A DNA stretch of 64,000 nucleotides, from positions 41,019,130 through 41,083,129 of the forward strand of contig NC_092375.1 of the NCBI RefSeq assembly GCF_030028105.1, read 5' to 3'. The first letter of the stretch is position 1. Each line of letters begins with the position of its first letter. This document shows positions 11,225-25,559 of the stretch, piece by piece. Position numbers and translations under genes: made by a program. Below the pieces are notes generated by a model. That model did no database searches, was not told the DNA's origin, and saw nothing but the letters and a program-made list of their open reading frames with translations. This stretch comes from Mobula birostris. Taxonomy: Eukaryota.

Positions 11225-14154
11225 TGTCCTCAATAATGCAGAGCAGCACTGGCCAACATTTGAATATTCAAATTGCTGGAGTGAGATTTTCAGTAGGAAC
11301 CTTCTGACTCAGAGGCTACCAAAAGAATAGTATCTTATGTTTAGTTGAAGCAGAACGAAACAATATGATGAAGGTCATGTACAATGAATAATGTCATAAT
11401 AATAAGAATTTGTTCTAGGGCCTCAAACTTTCACCATATTTGTTCAAGATAGATGAAGGAGTGGAGCTACACATCCAAGTTTTCAAATGGTATCATTAGG
11501 AAGAACAGTAATAAGTACAATGGGAGCTTATTTCTAGGGATAATACAAGTCATCCATTTGTTCCCAGGAAAGATAACCAGAATATTAATTTTAAACAGTG
11601 AGCAAGTGGACAATGTATTGTCGCAAAATGAGTTGGCAGATCGAGATCATACACATCAGTAAATAGGTAGGCTGCTAGAAATTTAGCATGTGTGAAAACA
11701 CAATTAAAATTCTTACACAGTATTAGGTGTTAACTCAATTTTGCTTCCTTATAATGGTGAAGAAGTCACACTTCAAACCATCTACTATGTGCACTTCTGG
11801 TCAATACATCTTTGGAAAGTTAGACTGGAAGGAGTCCATTGTAGATTCTCCAGAATAGTAATAAAGCTTTAGAGAGCCTTCATATGAGAATAGTTTGCAC
11901 AAATATGGCTCTTATTCCCTTAAGTTTACAGGAGTGTAGAATAATGTATAGTTATTTAAAATGATAAACAATTCCAATTAAATAAGTTGGGAAACATTGG
12001 TAGGGGAATTCAGATCAAAAGATCAGATTTTTCCATTAAGAATTAGGGAGCTTAAGTGTGAAGTTTGAAAGTACCTTTGTTTTTTAATATGCAAATACAA
12101 GGACTTGTGAAATCTTGGAACTATAGATGCTTAACCATTTGGAGGTGGGAACCAAGAAGTAAAATCAATTTGGTTTAAAATAGGAAATTAAGAAATCATC
12201 TGGGGAATAGTTTACAACCTCTCAAAGTGGCAATGCAGTAGTTGAAGGCAACTTTAATTTTCTTATTAAGTAGGCTAATCAAATTGGACAACATGATCAT
12301 AGAATGCATTAGAGACAATTCCCTAGAATATGTTCCACACCTGATCAAACAGCAGCTTATTTTAAATTTGTCACAAGTAATGAGACAAAATTGATTAGTA
12401 ATATGCTCATAATTTCACATTCAATTTGCAAACAACAGATTTGAGTTCCAAACTATCCTTTTATTAGTTTTAACCTTAATTTCAGAGGTAGGTAGGGTGA
12501 GCAGGCTGGTAGATTAACAAAATAGATTATTGTTAGATAAGCAAACCAAATATTTAAAGAAATATTTCATTCAACCAAGACGTATTATTTAGAAATAAAT
12601 ATTCTACAGAAAAAGGGATCTGTCAGCAATTAACTAAAGTTAGAGATGGTGTACAACCAAAAAAGAAGATTCATAATATTCTGAAGAACAGTGGCAAACC
12701 TAAAGATTGGGAATATTTCCAAGACCAGCAATGGCTAATTAAAGAATTGTTAGCAAAAAAAAAATCTTAAAAAATAATATAAAAAGAGATTGGAAGAGTT
12801 ACTTATCAATCTAAAGAGCAACAAAAGCAAATGTTGATCCTTTAGGAAGAAACTATCATGGAAATAACAAAATTGACAGAGACACTAAACAAATACTTTG
12901 AGTATACCCTTTCATTACAACACACTGAAAAGACAAAAAAATCTTTGAAGCTTTGAATCTTTGCAGCTTTTTTTTATTTAACTAAAATTAATCCTTTGGA
13001 ATAATTTACATGAGCTGTGGTTTTGGATATTTTAAGAAATTTATTGGTTAATGTTTTGCAATTATTTCTAATCAGAGCATTTAGGAAAAGAGTGTAAAAA
13101 GGCCTTCTAACAGCTAGACTTGAAGGTATCAACAAGAAGTTGTGAGCCATGGATCAGGTACAGTGAGATCCCATCTAGCAAACTATGAGAGGCATGTCAG
13201 GGTAAAGCTAAGATGTTTTCTCCAGGATGGAATCAAGAACTGGGTATGATATTCACATTGTCAGGTTTGCCCATTTAACATTGAAATAAGAAGTAATGTA
13301 TTCTCTAAAAATGAATCTGCATTTTCCTTCCATATCTCTTAGCTGTCGAAGCCAGTCATGAGTATGTTCATGGCTGAGACAGGTAGATTTTTACACATAA
13401 TGTCTTTCAAGGGCCATGCAGAAAAGTGAAAGTGAAGTCAAGATCAATGCACACAGCAGTGGTAGAGCTGGGTCAAAACCCATATGATCTAAAGTTATGT
13501 TCAAGTGTAACAGAGATTTGTATTATGTACTATATATTAAGGGATTGGAGAAAAAGTCAATTACTTTGAAGTGTAGACCATCTATATTTAACTGACTATC
13601 AGAAGATATACAGTATATCTTGGAACCTACTTGCCTACTCTTTTCCTAAACAAGCTTTTAAAGGAGATTCAAGGTTGATATTTCAGTAAAAATATGGTAT
13701 AACGTTTTGATATAAAAATGTAAATATAAATCTCGCCTTTCTTTTCAAAACTTGATTCATCAATCAAATCAATTACCTTTGTATTGCTAGAAGTTACCTA
13801 ATACCACTTCCCATTTGTCCCATTTTTCTTCTCCCAAAACTTCTGCTGTTTATTGGAGAAGTAACCATGGGCTCAGTTTCACTTCCACCAAAATTGATTT
13901 ATGACGATAAGCTCTTTATATGTAAATATTTCCAGCTCAAATTAATCCTTTTTCACAAATGAACCTTTCCAGTGAGGGTTCTTGAAATCCTAAATTCTTT
14001 CTTTTCCCAAGACATTGATGCTTATTTTAATACTTCTAATTTGTAGTGTTCTGTTTTCTCAGAGATTGGAAATAAAGAGTAAAATAGGAGTCAGATATTC
14101 ATTAATGCAGCCATCAAATAACTTTAGATAATTAAAAGCACTTGATTTTTTTTA

Positions 14155-14652
<498 letters not shown>

Positions 14653-15272
14653 TTACAAAAAAAAAAATCATTCAAGATTAGGAACTCACACATGGGAATT
14701 GCAAACACAATTATAAATCCTGATAAGCTGTGGTACTGGTACTCTTGTAATAAATGAAATAATCAAGACTGACTTATGTAAGCTTTAGGTAATTAATTCC
14801 ATTGCTAAAATCGATGCAAACCAGGAGATTGTACTTGTGCTGCCATACAGGAAAGATACTAGTGTGGACAGAAACAATCAAATTAATATACACTTTCAAA
14901 ATGCTGATTTTAGCTGTTAGTTTAGTTTTGAGTGTTAGTTTGGTTAGCTGCTTATAGAAATTTTAGGGGATAGTAAATGAATCATGCTTCAACTGAAACA
15001 AGCAGAATTGGTGGAAGTAAGATTTTTACACCATTGGTTAGTCTATGATTTGATCCAAATCTCAGACTGGATGGTTATGTGCCTACCTTCAACAGGTTAA
15101 TAAAATTTGCATTCTGCTCCTCTTTTCTCACAAGATGGAAGCTCTCGTTGCACACTTTCTTCACTTTACAACTTTTATTTCCGATTCACCATGTCTATGC
15201 TCGCTAGCTGTAGATCTGGTGTTACATATAGACCAAAGTATGCAAATATTCTATTCTGAAGGCCAATACATA

Positions 15273-16305
15273 CAGTGAAACCCCGATTTAAAGTGAATTC
15301 GGATATAACGTGATGAGCCATTAGACTCCATGTCCATCTCAATCCATACTCCCCCTTCTCCAGCCTTGTATCCCTTTTGCCAATCAACTTCCCAGCTCTT
15401 GACTTCATCTCTCCCCCTGCTCTCTTCTCCGATCATTTCAGGTCTCTCCCTCCCCCTCTCACTTTCAAATCTCTTTCTATCTCTTTTTTCCATTAGTCCT
15501 GACGAAGGGTCTCGACCAGATGCTGCCTGGCCTGCTGTGTTCCACCAGCATTTTGAAAGAGTCATTGGACCTTTTTTTTGCTCAACATGGAACAAACTGC
15601 TAGAAAAAGAAAATCTTTTTCTGTGAAAGATAAGCTTCACGCACTTGACGCGATCAAGACTAAAAGTCAAACTCAAGTTGCACGAGACCTCGGGATACCG
15701 GAATCAACACTTTGTGGCTGGAAATCTCATGCAGAAAAGTTACGCGCATCACTTTGCAAAGTTGAAGAAGAAGCAGGACTAAAAGCCAAATGTCTGAAGA
15801 CAGCCAAAGGTGTCAACCTCGATGACTCCCTGTACGAGTGTCAGGAGAAGTTCGCTCAGCCGACAGTGCTGCCGCCAACTAAAAAGTGCCGGCTGAACTA
15901 AAAACTCTCTTAGAAGAAGGTGGCTACGTTCAGCGACATGCCTCGTTCAAGCAAGGAACACTCGATCACTTTTTTAAGAAATAAACTGTAAATGATGATT
16001 GCTAATATTCTTGAATGTTTTTGTGTATTAAAAAGCTTTACTAAAAATTAATTTGTTTTAATTTCTACAGTAACAACAATAATTTATTTGCGGAATTCTT
16101 TAATTCAAAGGTAATTTACTTGCCAGAAGGTAAACGTGCAAAAAATGGGTCAAATAGGGCAAAAATAGGGGTGTTTTAGGATGTTAGGTCAACATTGGGT
16201 CAGTTTGATTGCTGATTTTCTTGAACCCTGATTTAGCGCGACCCCGCTTTTTTTGCGATGACATTTTATGGACCCAAACGATTGCGTTACAACGGGGTTT
16301 CACTG
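15273..16305 (+). mobile_element. Tigger/pogo-type DNA transposon, internally deleted, with nested PLE-A fragment (~15327-15558)
   Basis: TA|CAGTGAAACCCCG ... CGGGGTTTCACTG|TA TIRs with TA TSD; RKRKSFSVKDKLHALDAIKTKSQTQVARDLGIPESTLCGWK is a psq/CENP-B-type HTH; no DDD domain. Confidence 0.9.
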
Positions 16306-16592
16306 TACTTGATGGATTTTTATGAAAATTCATTAGTTTCACACTCATCCATAATAAAACTGGCTGGCTGTTATAAAAAGGAGTTGTTCATATAGCTGCC
16401 AGGATGGGATATTGTCAATCCACTTCTGTGGATTACCGTTCTGGTAAACAAATAAGTACACCCCACCATTTCCTACTGCTGATCAGGTCATTAAAGACTG
16501 AGCAAAGTATAATATGTATTTAATTTGTTTTACTGAGATGAATATACTTATTTTTGGTTTTAAGTTATGAATAAATCAATACGATTATACAG

Positions 16593-17060
16593 AAATATAG
16601 AAAACCTATAGCACAATACAGGCCCTTCAGCCTACAATGCTGTGCCGAACATGTACTTACTTTAGAAATTACCTAGGGTTAGTGCCTATCCAGGAGTCTC
16701 TTAAAAGACCTATCATATCCGCCTTCACCAGTGTGGCTGGCAGCCCATTCCATGCACTCACCACACTCTGCATAAAAATACTTACTCCTGACATCTCCTC
16801 TGCATCTACTTCCAAGCACCTTAACACTGCTATTTCAGCCCTGGGGAAAAGCCTCAGACTATGCACATGATCAGTGCCTCTCATCATCTTATACACCTCT
16901 ATTAGATCACCTCTGATCCTCCGACGCTCCAAGGAGAAAAGGCCGAGTTCACTCAACCTATTCTCATTAGGCATGCTCTCCAATCCAGGCAACATCCTTG
17001 TAAATCTCCTCAAAATTTGTTAATGTTTTGATAAGCACCCTTTCTGTGGTTTCCACATCC
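16593..17060 (-). mobile_element. CR1 LINE 3' fragment
   Basis: RRFTRMLPGLESM...RLSELGLFSLERRRIRGDLIEVYKMMRG; typical CR1 tail. Confidence 0.9.
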
Positions 17061-17089
17061 TATATCACTTTATGTTGTAGATTGACACC

Positions 17090-17480
17090 AGGTGCTTATC
17101 AAAACATTAACAAATTTTGATCCCACTACATGAGGAAATATTAGGACAGATGGCCAAATAGATGGTTTTCCCAGAGTATTTAGGAAAAGGAAGATATAAA
17201 CAGAGACAATGAGGGAGCTAGCACCTTCACACATTAAAGTTCTGCAACAAATTAAATTTGCTGATGATCAAGGAGTTATGCAAGGCCATGGAGAATCTGG
17301 AAAATGTGGGGGTGAGTTTTAAAACTTGAGTCTGTATCTAACCATAATTCAGTGTAGGTCAACCAATACAGACTGGACAGGTGAACAGGACTTGGTACAA
17401 ACTGAGTTAAGAGCAGCAGAGTTCAGGATGACCCCAAATTGAAGAAAGGTAGAATAAAAAGGCCAGCCTGATGTAAAGCA
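17090..17480 (-). mobile_element. Old L2-type LINE 3' fragment
   Basis: aacaaattttgatccc...gaggaaatattaggacagatggccaaa...gtgtaggtcaaccaatacag resembles the L2-like 3' region common in shark and ray DNA, as recalled. Confidence 0.5.
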
Positions 17481-17999
17481 GTTGCTAACATGCTGCAGGG
17501 AGGGTGTGGGAAAGATAGGTAGGGCAAAGACCACATCTCTGATATGACAAGGCCCGGATTTCCCTGGAATAAAGGTCATCTGGTCAATGAGTTAAAAAAG
17601 GGTTAGAGAGGAAAAATTGGCCCTTTCTTCATATAAGTTATAAACTGAGGGAGGCTAAGAGTGAGAATGCAATGGAATGTGAGTAGATAGCAGGTCACTC
17701 ACAGTCATAGAGATATACAGCATAGAAACAGCCCATCACATCTATGCCAACCGTCCATCCCTTTATTAGTAATAGCACCAGCCAGCTTAATTTTCTTATA
17801 TCTCGGTCATTCATTACCACCATCATCTCCTCTGGCATCTTATTCCAGATACTAACTACTCAGTAAAAATTTAACCCCTTAGGTCAATCCCTGTGACTTG
17901 GACAAGATTTCAATGAGCCTCCCCTCCATGGGCTCTGTTCATTTTTCGGGAACCAAATGTCAATAGCAACATTAGCATTTATCGTCCATCCCTAATGTA

Positions 18000-19640
18000 G
18001 ATGAAAATGTGATTAGCAAACCTGTGGATGACATCAAGATGGGTGGAGTTGTTGACAGTGTAAAGGTTAATCAAAGTATACAGCAGAATATGCAGTGGCA
18101 GATGGAGTTTAATCCTGGCAATTGTACTTTGTCTGGTCAAATGAAAGGAGAAAGTATACAGTTAAATGCAGACCCAGACAAGCCCCCTACTCTGCTCACT
18201 ATACACTCATGACTGTGCGGTCAGATTCTGCGAACATCATCCACAAGTTTGCAGTTGATACCACTGAAAGTGGGCTGGATCTCAAATAATGATGATAGCT
18301 AGTAACAAGGAGATAGCTAGTAACATGGTGTCATGACAACAAGTTTTCCCTCAATGTTAGCAAAACAAAACCACTGGCCATTAATTTCAGGAAGGGATAG
18401 GGGTGGGGGGGGGGGTTGGCATAAATGTGCCTGTTTACACCAATGGTGTCAGGTCAAGAAGGTTGAGAGTTTCAAGTTCCTAGCAGTGAACATTACCAAT
18501 GTCTGTCCTGGTCCACATAGATGCCATGACCAAGAAAGTTCACCAATGTTCCTACTTCTTCAGGAGGCTACATAAATTTAGCATGTCTCCATCAACCCTT
18601 ACCAATTTGTATTGATGCACCATAGAAAGCATACTATCAGGATGCATAAAGTCTTAGAATGGCAACTAACCGCTCTGCTTGTGACCAACTGTACAGAGTT
18701 GAGGACACAGCTCAGCACAACACAGAACCAGCTTCCCATCCATGGACTCTGTCTATGCTGCTTGCTAGCTCAGTAAAGCACCAGACATCTCTCTTCTCAC
18801 CTTCTCCCTGTGGGACGAAGATACAAAAGCCTGAAAGCACCTATCAGCTGCTTCAAGGACAGCTTCTACCCTGCTGTTATAAGACTACTGAATGGTTCCC
18901 TAGTACAATATAATTGACTCTTGATCTTATAATCTACCTTGTCATGACCTTGCACTTTAGTGTCTACTTGCAAGGCACTTTCTCAGTTGTTACACTTTTT
19001 TCTGCATACTGTTATTGTTTTACCTTGTACTACTTGAATGCACTGTGTGAATGAATTGATCTGTGTGAACAGTATGCAAGTAAAGCTTTTCATTGTACGT
19101 TGGTACACGTGACAATAATAAACCGATTCCAATTATAGCATTGAGGTACAGGTCCACACGTCACTGAAAGTGGGTAACATGGTAAAGATGTATGGAATGG
19201 TTTGGTAAGCATGTTGAGCATGAGAGTAAGAAAGTCATACTGCAGCTATACAAAACTTTAGTCAGAGCACACTTGGGGTATTATGCTCAGTTCTGGTTGC
19301 CCCATTATAGGAAGGATGTGGAGACTGTAGAAAGGGCGCAGAAGAGTCTTACCAGGTTGTTGCCTGGATTAGAGGGTATAACAAACTTGGGTTGTTCTCC
19401 CTCGAATGTCAGAGGCTCAGGAAAGACTTGATAGAGGTTATTTTAAGTTACCAGAAGCTTAGATAGGGCAGATAGACAGAATCATTTCTCCAGGGTAGAA
19501 ATGTCAAATACCAAAGGGTGTGCTTTTAGGTTAATGGCAATGTGATGGCCAAGTTCTTTTTATGCCAAGAGTAGTAGGTGTCTAGAATGGGTTACCGGGG
19601 TTGTAGTGGAATCAGGCAGTTTGGTAAAGCTTAAGAAGGG
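18000..19640 (+). mobile_element. CR1 3' half interrupted by a Rex1/Babar LINE (~18171-19132)
   Basis: MISKPVDDIKMGGVVDS and LQLYKTLVRAHLGYYAQFWLPHYRKDV flank a Rex1 segment (VESFKFLAVNIT; tail gtgacaataataaaccgattccaatt). Confidence 0.8.
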
Positions 19641-22600
19641 GGGGCGCCAGGATCCGGGACATCTTATTTCAAGTTCTCAACATTCTTAAGTGGGAGGGTG
19701 AGCAGCCAGAGGTTGTGGACCAAAGACATAGGTAGGAAGAGTGAAGAGGTTCTGCAAAATGAGTTCAGAGAATTAGATGCTAAGTTAAAGGATGGGACCT
19801 CAAGAGTTGTGATCTCAGGATTGCTACCTGTGCCACATACCAGTTAGGGCAGAATTAGGAAGATTACAGTGTTTAACACATGGCTATGAAATTGGTGTAT
19901 GAGGGAGGGTATTATATTTTTGCATCATTGGGCCCTCTTCCATGGAAGGTGGGACCTGTATTGAAGAGACAGTTTGTACCTGAACTGGAGTGGGACTAAT
20001 ATCCTAGCAGGAAGGTTTGCTAGTGCTGCGGGGTGGGGTGGGTGGTTTAAACTCCAGTTGCAGGGGATGGGAACCAGAGTGCTAGACAGATAGTGGAGAG
20101 GTTGTAGAGGCAGATGTTACTAAGACCTCAGACAAAGTTAGGGATCCCGAGAATCTCGATCGTGTTCGGAAGCCTAAGATCTTGGGGCTTTGGAGACGGG
20201 CGGATCGAGGGTCGGTGTCACGGCAGGAGACTTGTGTGTCCTCTGGGAGGCCAGAAAATCTTTCACTGTGGGCCCGAAGACATGAGGTCTTTGCGATATT
20301 TGGACACAGAGCTCAAAAAGAGCGGCCAAATGGACTTTAAACCAGTGGGTTGTTGTTATGTCTCCCGCTCGCTGTGAAAATGGGGGACACCTCCCTATCC
20401 CTTATCAGGGAGAGAGAGAACCTGTGGGTTGTTAAATTTCGGATGAAATGCAAAGCTTTTGGGGTAACTTTGATCTGTGTCTTTGCTATTGCTTAGCACA
20501 GGCTTGAGCTCAGTGATGATACCGATGAATGTTTATTTTTGCTAGTGGGGGGAGGGGGGATTGTTGCTCGCTGCCACTTACGCGCAGGAGTGGGGAGCTG
20601 GGGGGGGGACTTTGGGGTTCTCACGTTTAATTGCCGTTCATTCTTTGGGGCACTTCTCTGTTTTTGTGGATGTTTGCGAAGAAAAAGCATTTCAGGGTGT
20701 ATATTGTGTACATTTCTCTGACATTAAATTTGACCTTTGAACCTTTGAATCAAATGGTTAAGCGTGGTGTCCTGAATTGCATATATTTCAATGTAAGAAG
20801 TATTGTACAAAAGGTAGATAAGCTCAGGGCATGGACCATCACATGAAATTATGATACCGTAGCCATTATTGAGTCTTGGTTGCAGGAGGGGCAGGACTGG
20901 CAGCTCAATATTCTCAGGTTCCATTGTTTTAAATGTAAGGGCAGGAAGGATTAAAGGGAGAAGGAAATTATTAAGGCAGTGTTCAGTCAGGACAGACTGG
21001 GGAACTCGTCTAGTGAGGCTTTATGGGTGGAACGGAGGAATAAGAAAGGTATGACCACGTTAAAGGGACTAAAATTATAGCCCACTCAATAGTCCTTGGG
21101 ATTTAGAGGAACAAATTTGTAGAGAGATCACAGACTGTTGCAAGAAACGTAAGGTAGTTATAGCAGCTCATTTTAACTTTCCACATATTGTAAAAGTCCT
21201 TGATGGGAGAGTTTGTCAAATGGGTTCAGGAAAGTTCCTTTGATTATTACATAGAGGTCCCAACGAGAGAGTGTGCGATACATGATCTCCTATTAGGGAA
21301 TGAGACAAGGCAGGTGACAGAAGTTTGTGTGGGGGAACACTTTGCATTTAGTGATCATAATGCCATTATTTTTAAAGTAAAATATGTAAAAGGATAAGTC
21401 TGGTCCACAGGATGAGATTCTAAATTGGAGAATGGCCAATTTTGATGGTATCAGGAAGGATCTGGAAAGTGTGGATTGGAATAGGCTGTCTTCTAGCAAA
21501 GGTGTACTTAGTAAGTGAGTGTTCTTAAAAAGTGAAATTTTGAGTGTACAAAGCTTGCATGTACCTGTAAAAATAAAAGGTAAAGGTAACAGGTTTAGGG
21601 AACCTTGGTTTTCAAGAGATATTGAGGCCCTGGGTAAGAAAAAAAAACCATGGTGCGTAGCAGGCATAGGCATGTCGGAACAAATGAGAAACTTACGGAG
21701 TATAAGAAATGCAAGAGAACACTTAAAGAAATCAGGAGAGCTAAAAAAAAAAGCATTAGGTTGCTCTAGCAGACAAGGTGAAGGAGAATCCTATGGGTCT
21801 CTACAGCTAAGTTAAGAGCAAACTGATTGCAAGGGACAAAATTGGTTCCCTGAAAGATCAGGATGATAATCTCTATATGGAACCAAAAGAGATTGGGGGG
21901 GGGGGGGGGGGCGGAGATCTGAAATGGGATTTCTTTGCATCTGTATTTACTCGGGAGATGGATACGGTCTATACGAGTGAGGCAAAGCAGCAGCAAAGCC
22001 ATGAACCCAAAACAGATTACAGAGGAGGGGGCGTTTGCTGTCTTGAGGCGAATTAAGGTGGATAAATCCCCAGGGCCTGACAATATGTCCCTCGGACATT
22101 GTGGGAGGTGTGCAGAGATTGCAAGAGCCACAGCAGAGATACTTAGATCATCCTTAGTGACAGGACAGGTACCAGAGCATTGAAGGCTAGCTAATGTTGT
22201 TTTGCTGTTTAAGGACTCTAAAATTAAACCAGGAAATTTTAGGCCAGTGAGTCTGACATCAGCAATGGGAAAGTTATTGGAAGGTACTCTAAGGGACTGG
22301 ATATATCTGAGTATTTGGATAGACAAACTGATTAGGGATAGTCAGCATGACTTTGTGTGTGGTTGGTCATGTCTAACCAATCCTATAGAGTTTTTTTTGA
22401 AGAAGTTAACAGGAAAGCTGATGAAGGCAAGGTAGTGGATGTTATCTAACATGGACATTTGACAAGGTCCCACAGGTGAGGCTGGTCAGGAAGGATCAGT
22501 TCCTTGGCATTCAAGATGAGGCAGCAAATTGGATTATGCATTGGCTTTGTGGGAGAAGCCAAAGAGTGGTGGTAGATGGTTGCCTCTCTGACTGAAGGCC

Positions 22601-23565
22601 TGTGACTGGTGGAATGCTGCAGGGTTCGGTGCTGGGTCCGCTGTTGCTTGTCATCTATATCAATGATTTAGATGATAACGTGGTTAACTGAATCAGCAAA
22701 TTTATGGATGTCACCAAGATTGGGGGTGTAGTATCAAAGCTTGTAGTGGGATCAGGACCAGCTGGAAAAATAGGGTGAAAAGTGGCAGATGGAACTTAAT
22801 GCAAGTAAGTGTGAGGTTTTGCACTTTGGCAGGACCATCTAGGGTAGGCCTCACACAGTGAATACAGAGGGGACTGAGGGGGGTGGTAGAGCAATAGCAT
22901 CTGGGAATACAGGTACATAGTTCTTTTGAAAGTGATGTCACAAGTAGATAAGGTCATAAAGATGAGGCAGCAAGCTTTTGGCATATTGCACTCCATAAAT
23001 CAATATACTGAGTACAGGAGATGGGATGTTACGTTGAAGTTGTATAAGACATTGGTGAGGCTTAAGTTGGAGTACTGTGTGCCGTTTTGGTTACCTACCC
23101 ACAGGAAAGATGTAAACAAGGTTGAAAGAGAGCAGCAAAAATTTACAAGGATGCTGCCAGGCCTGGAGGACCCGATAAGGAAAGATTGAATAGGTTAGGA
23201 CTTTATTCCTTGGAATGTGGACGATCAAGGGGAGATTTGGCAGAGGTGTACAAAATTATGAGAGGTATAGAGAGGTAAGCAGGCTTTTTCCACTGAGGTT
23301 GGACGGGACTAAGCAGCAGTCACGGGTTAAGGGTGAAAGGTGAAAGGTTTAAGGGGAACATGAGGTGAATCTTCTTCACTCAGAAGGTCGTGAGAGTGTG
23401 GAACGAGCTGCCAGCGCAAGAGGTGCATGCAAGCTTGATTTCCACATTTAAGAGAAGTTTGGATCGGTAAATGGATAGTAGGGATATGGATGGCTATGGT
23501 CTGGCAGTTTAAATGGTTCAGCACGGAGGCCAAAGGGCCTGTTTCTATGGTTTACTTTTCTATGA
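19640..23565 (+). mobile_element. Near full-length decayed CR1 LINE (ORF1 SGNH-esterase region plus ORF2 APE-RT)
   Basis: ORF1-like RVVISGLLPVP...NWSGTNILAGRFA; ORF2 LNCIYFNVRSIVQKVDKL, KVDKSPGPD, PGNFRPVSLTS, QGSVLGPLL, YKTLVRLKLEYCVPFW; tail agggcctgtttctatgg. Confidence 0.9.
20144..20748 (+). mobile_element. Non-coding retroelement with Rex1-like tail inserted near the CR1 ORF1/ORF2 junction
   Basis: CpG-retaining non-coding body ending attaaatttgacctttgaacctttgaa; CR1 sequence resumes on both sides. Confidence 0.6.
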
Positions 23566-25559
23566 GTCTCAGCTTTTAAATAGGCACATGAATATGAATA
23601 TGAAATAAAATCGAGGGATCTGCGGAGGATAGTACTCCCCAGGACGTTGCCACTCATTGTGTATGTCCTCTCCTAATTTAACTTCCTAATATACTTCATT
23701 TTGTGCTAATCTGAATTAAATTCCATCTCCCATTCCTTTGCACACTTTCATCACTGATGGCTGACCTGGCCTATTCCAACACAGATGTATGAGTAAATTA
23801 CCCAAAGTTGATATCGAATCTGAAAGGCTGCAACACACACAGGTGGAAGAAGAGCTGTTGTACTTGGAATGATATTGGGCCTCCTTACAATGTTATACAT
23901 TGCTACAATTGTACAGGGTATCTCTGAGGCCCTTGTTTTGATTCCCTTAGTTAAGAAAGGATATGCATTCTTTGGAACCAGTCCAAATTCATCAGGCTAA
24001 TTCCTGGAATGAGGTTATTCTATTAACAGTGGCTAAGGAAATCGCATCCATAATCTTCGACATTTAGTGGAACAAGAGGCGACCTTAGTAAACCATACAA
24101 AATCCTTAGTAAGCATGACAGGGTCGATGTTATATTTCATCAGTGGGAACAAGCGGAGGAGGCAATAAAATGGTAAGATTGGAGGTGGTTGTTTAAAATT
24201 GAGGTGCGCAGGAAATTCCTCACACAGGTGCACTGAGGGTGCTCAAGGAGCAAGTACATCCATTTTGTGAATTGATGACTATGGAGAACTGACCATGACA
24301 GAAGATGAAGCCTAGAGAGCATCAGCCATTATCATATTGAATGGCAGCCAGGCTTGCGTGACCCCACATTTCAGGTCCTATTTTCTTATGTCCGTATATT
24401 TAACACCTGAGATCAATGAGATTTTGTCAAGCTCTTTGTACATAAATAGTCAAGATTAAAAAATAGAATGCCAGAACCTGAAGAAAAAAAAACATGCAAA
24501 GGCTTGGAACGTTCTGATGATGGAGACTAAGCAAAGTGGAAAACAGGCACTTTGCATCAGAAGTAATTGTAGGTGAAATTCAATAACCATTCAGAGCACT
24601 GCTGTCATAAAGAGAATAGTAGGATAAATTACATTTATGAAGCACCTTTCATACAAGGACATCAAGAGTAATGAAAGATTAGGATCTTGAAACTTTCTCT
24701 AAAGTTGTTGACACTACCAGTATTTTCTATTTTTATTACAATTAGGAATATATTATTTGGTCAAACATCACGAAGATGAAATAGACTAAGAGATATAGAA
24801 TGTTGAGCTCAACAAACGTATGTACAGGGCAGATGTTTAGAGCCTATTTCCTCCTGCTGAAAAGTCTAGGAATAGAAGAGTCACAGATAAAGAGTTTGAC
24901 TATCTCGGGTTAGAACAGGGAGAAACTTCTTTAGACATAGGTTTTAAATATGTGCATTTATCCATCTCAATCCTGTGAATTCTCAATCATTTAAGATTCA
25001 GATCCATTGATTTTGGATACTAAAGAAATCCCGGCACATTGCGAACAGGCGCGATCAAAATCTTGAGGCATAAGAAAGGCCATGAACGTTTGAACTACCA
25101 GTGGGCTGGAAAAAGCTCTATAGCCGAGATTATTTCATGTTTGTATGACTCCAGCCCAACACAAAAGCAGACTTCATAAATATCAATACCGATTCTAACA
25201 CTCATGTGTAATTAGCCCCACACGTGGGACTCTTTACATATGCTTTTCTAAAAATCAAGAGTCCCAAATCCAAGTTTATTCCTGTAATTAATTTCCTTCA
25301 TGTAAAAATTGGATTAGACTCGATGTCCAAATAAATCATGCAAACATCTTGAACCCCCCCCCCCCACGACCACCCATCGGAATTTTGCTCTGAACGTTCA
25401 GATCCACAACAGTTCCGATGGTTTACTTCCCATTTAATTATATCACCATCAAGCAAAAAAAAACGCACCTCGCTCGAACCAGGCCCAGTAAAATACCCCC
25501 CGAGGAGGGTTTAATTACACACAAGTAAAGGCAAAACTACCGGCAATTCCAGGAAGATC

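Larger units (their letters stand above)
7225..11320 (-). mobile_element. Old DeuSINE-like SINE split into ~7225-7275 and ~11234-11320 by later insertions
   Basis: tcagttgagagataaatactgaccagaacacc (Deu-domain-like) on the left; aaccttctgactcagaggctacc (tRNA-head-like) on the right. Confidence 0.5.

Noticed and set aside
15493-15525. Hammerhead in the PLE fragment nested in the Tigger
   Set aside because: The GAAAC-GTC half is deleted (gggtctcgacc joins agatgctgcc), so it cannot fold.
21895-21912. Long G homopolymer (others at ~3700, ~4678, ~18403, and a C run at ~32512) as G-quadruplex elements
   Set aside because: Slippage-expanded runs inside decayed LINEs, possibly with sequencing length error; no sign of function.
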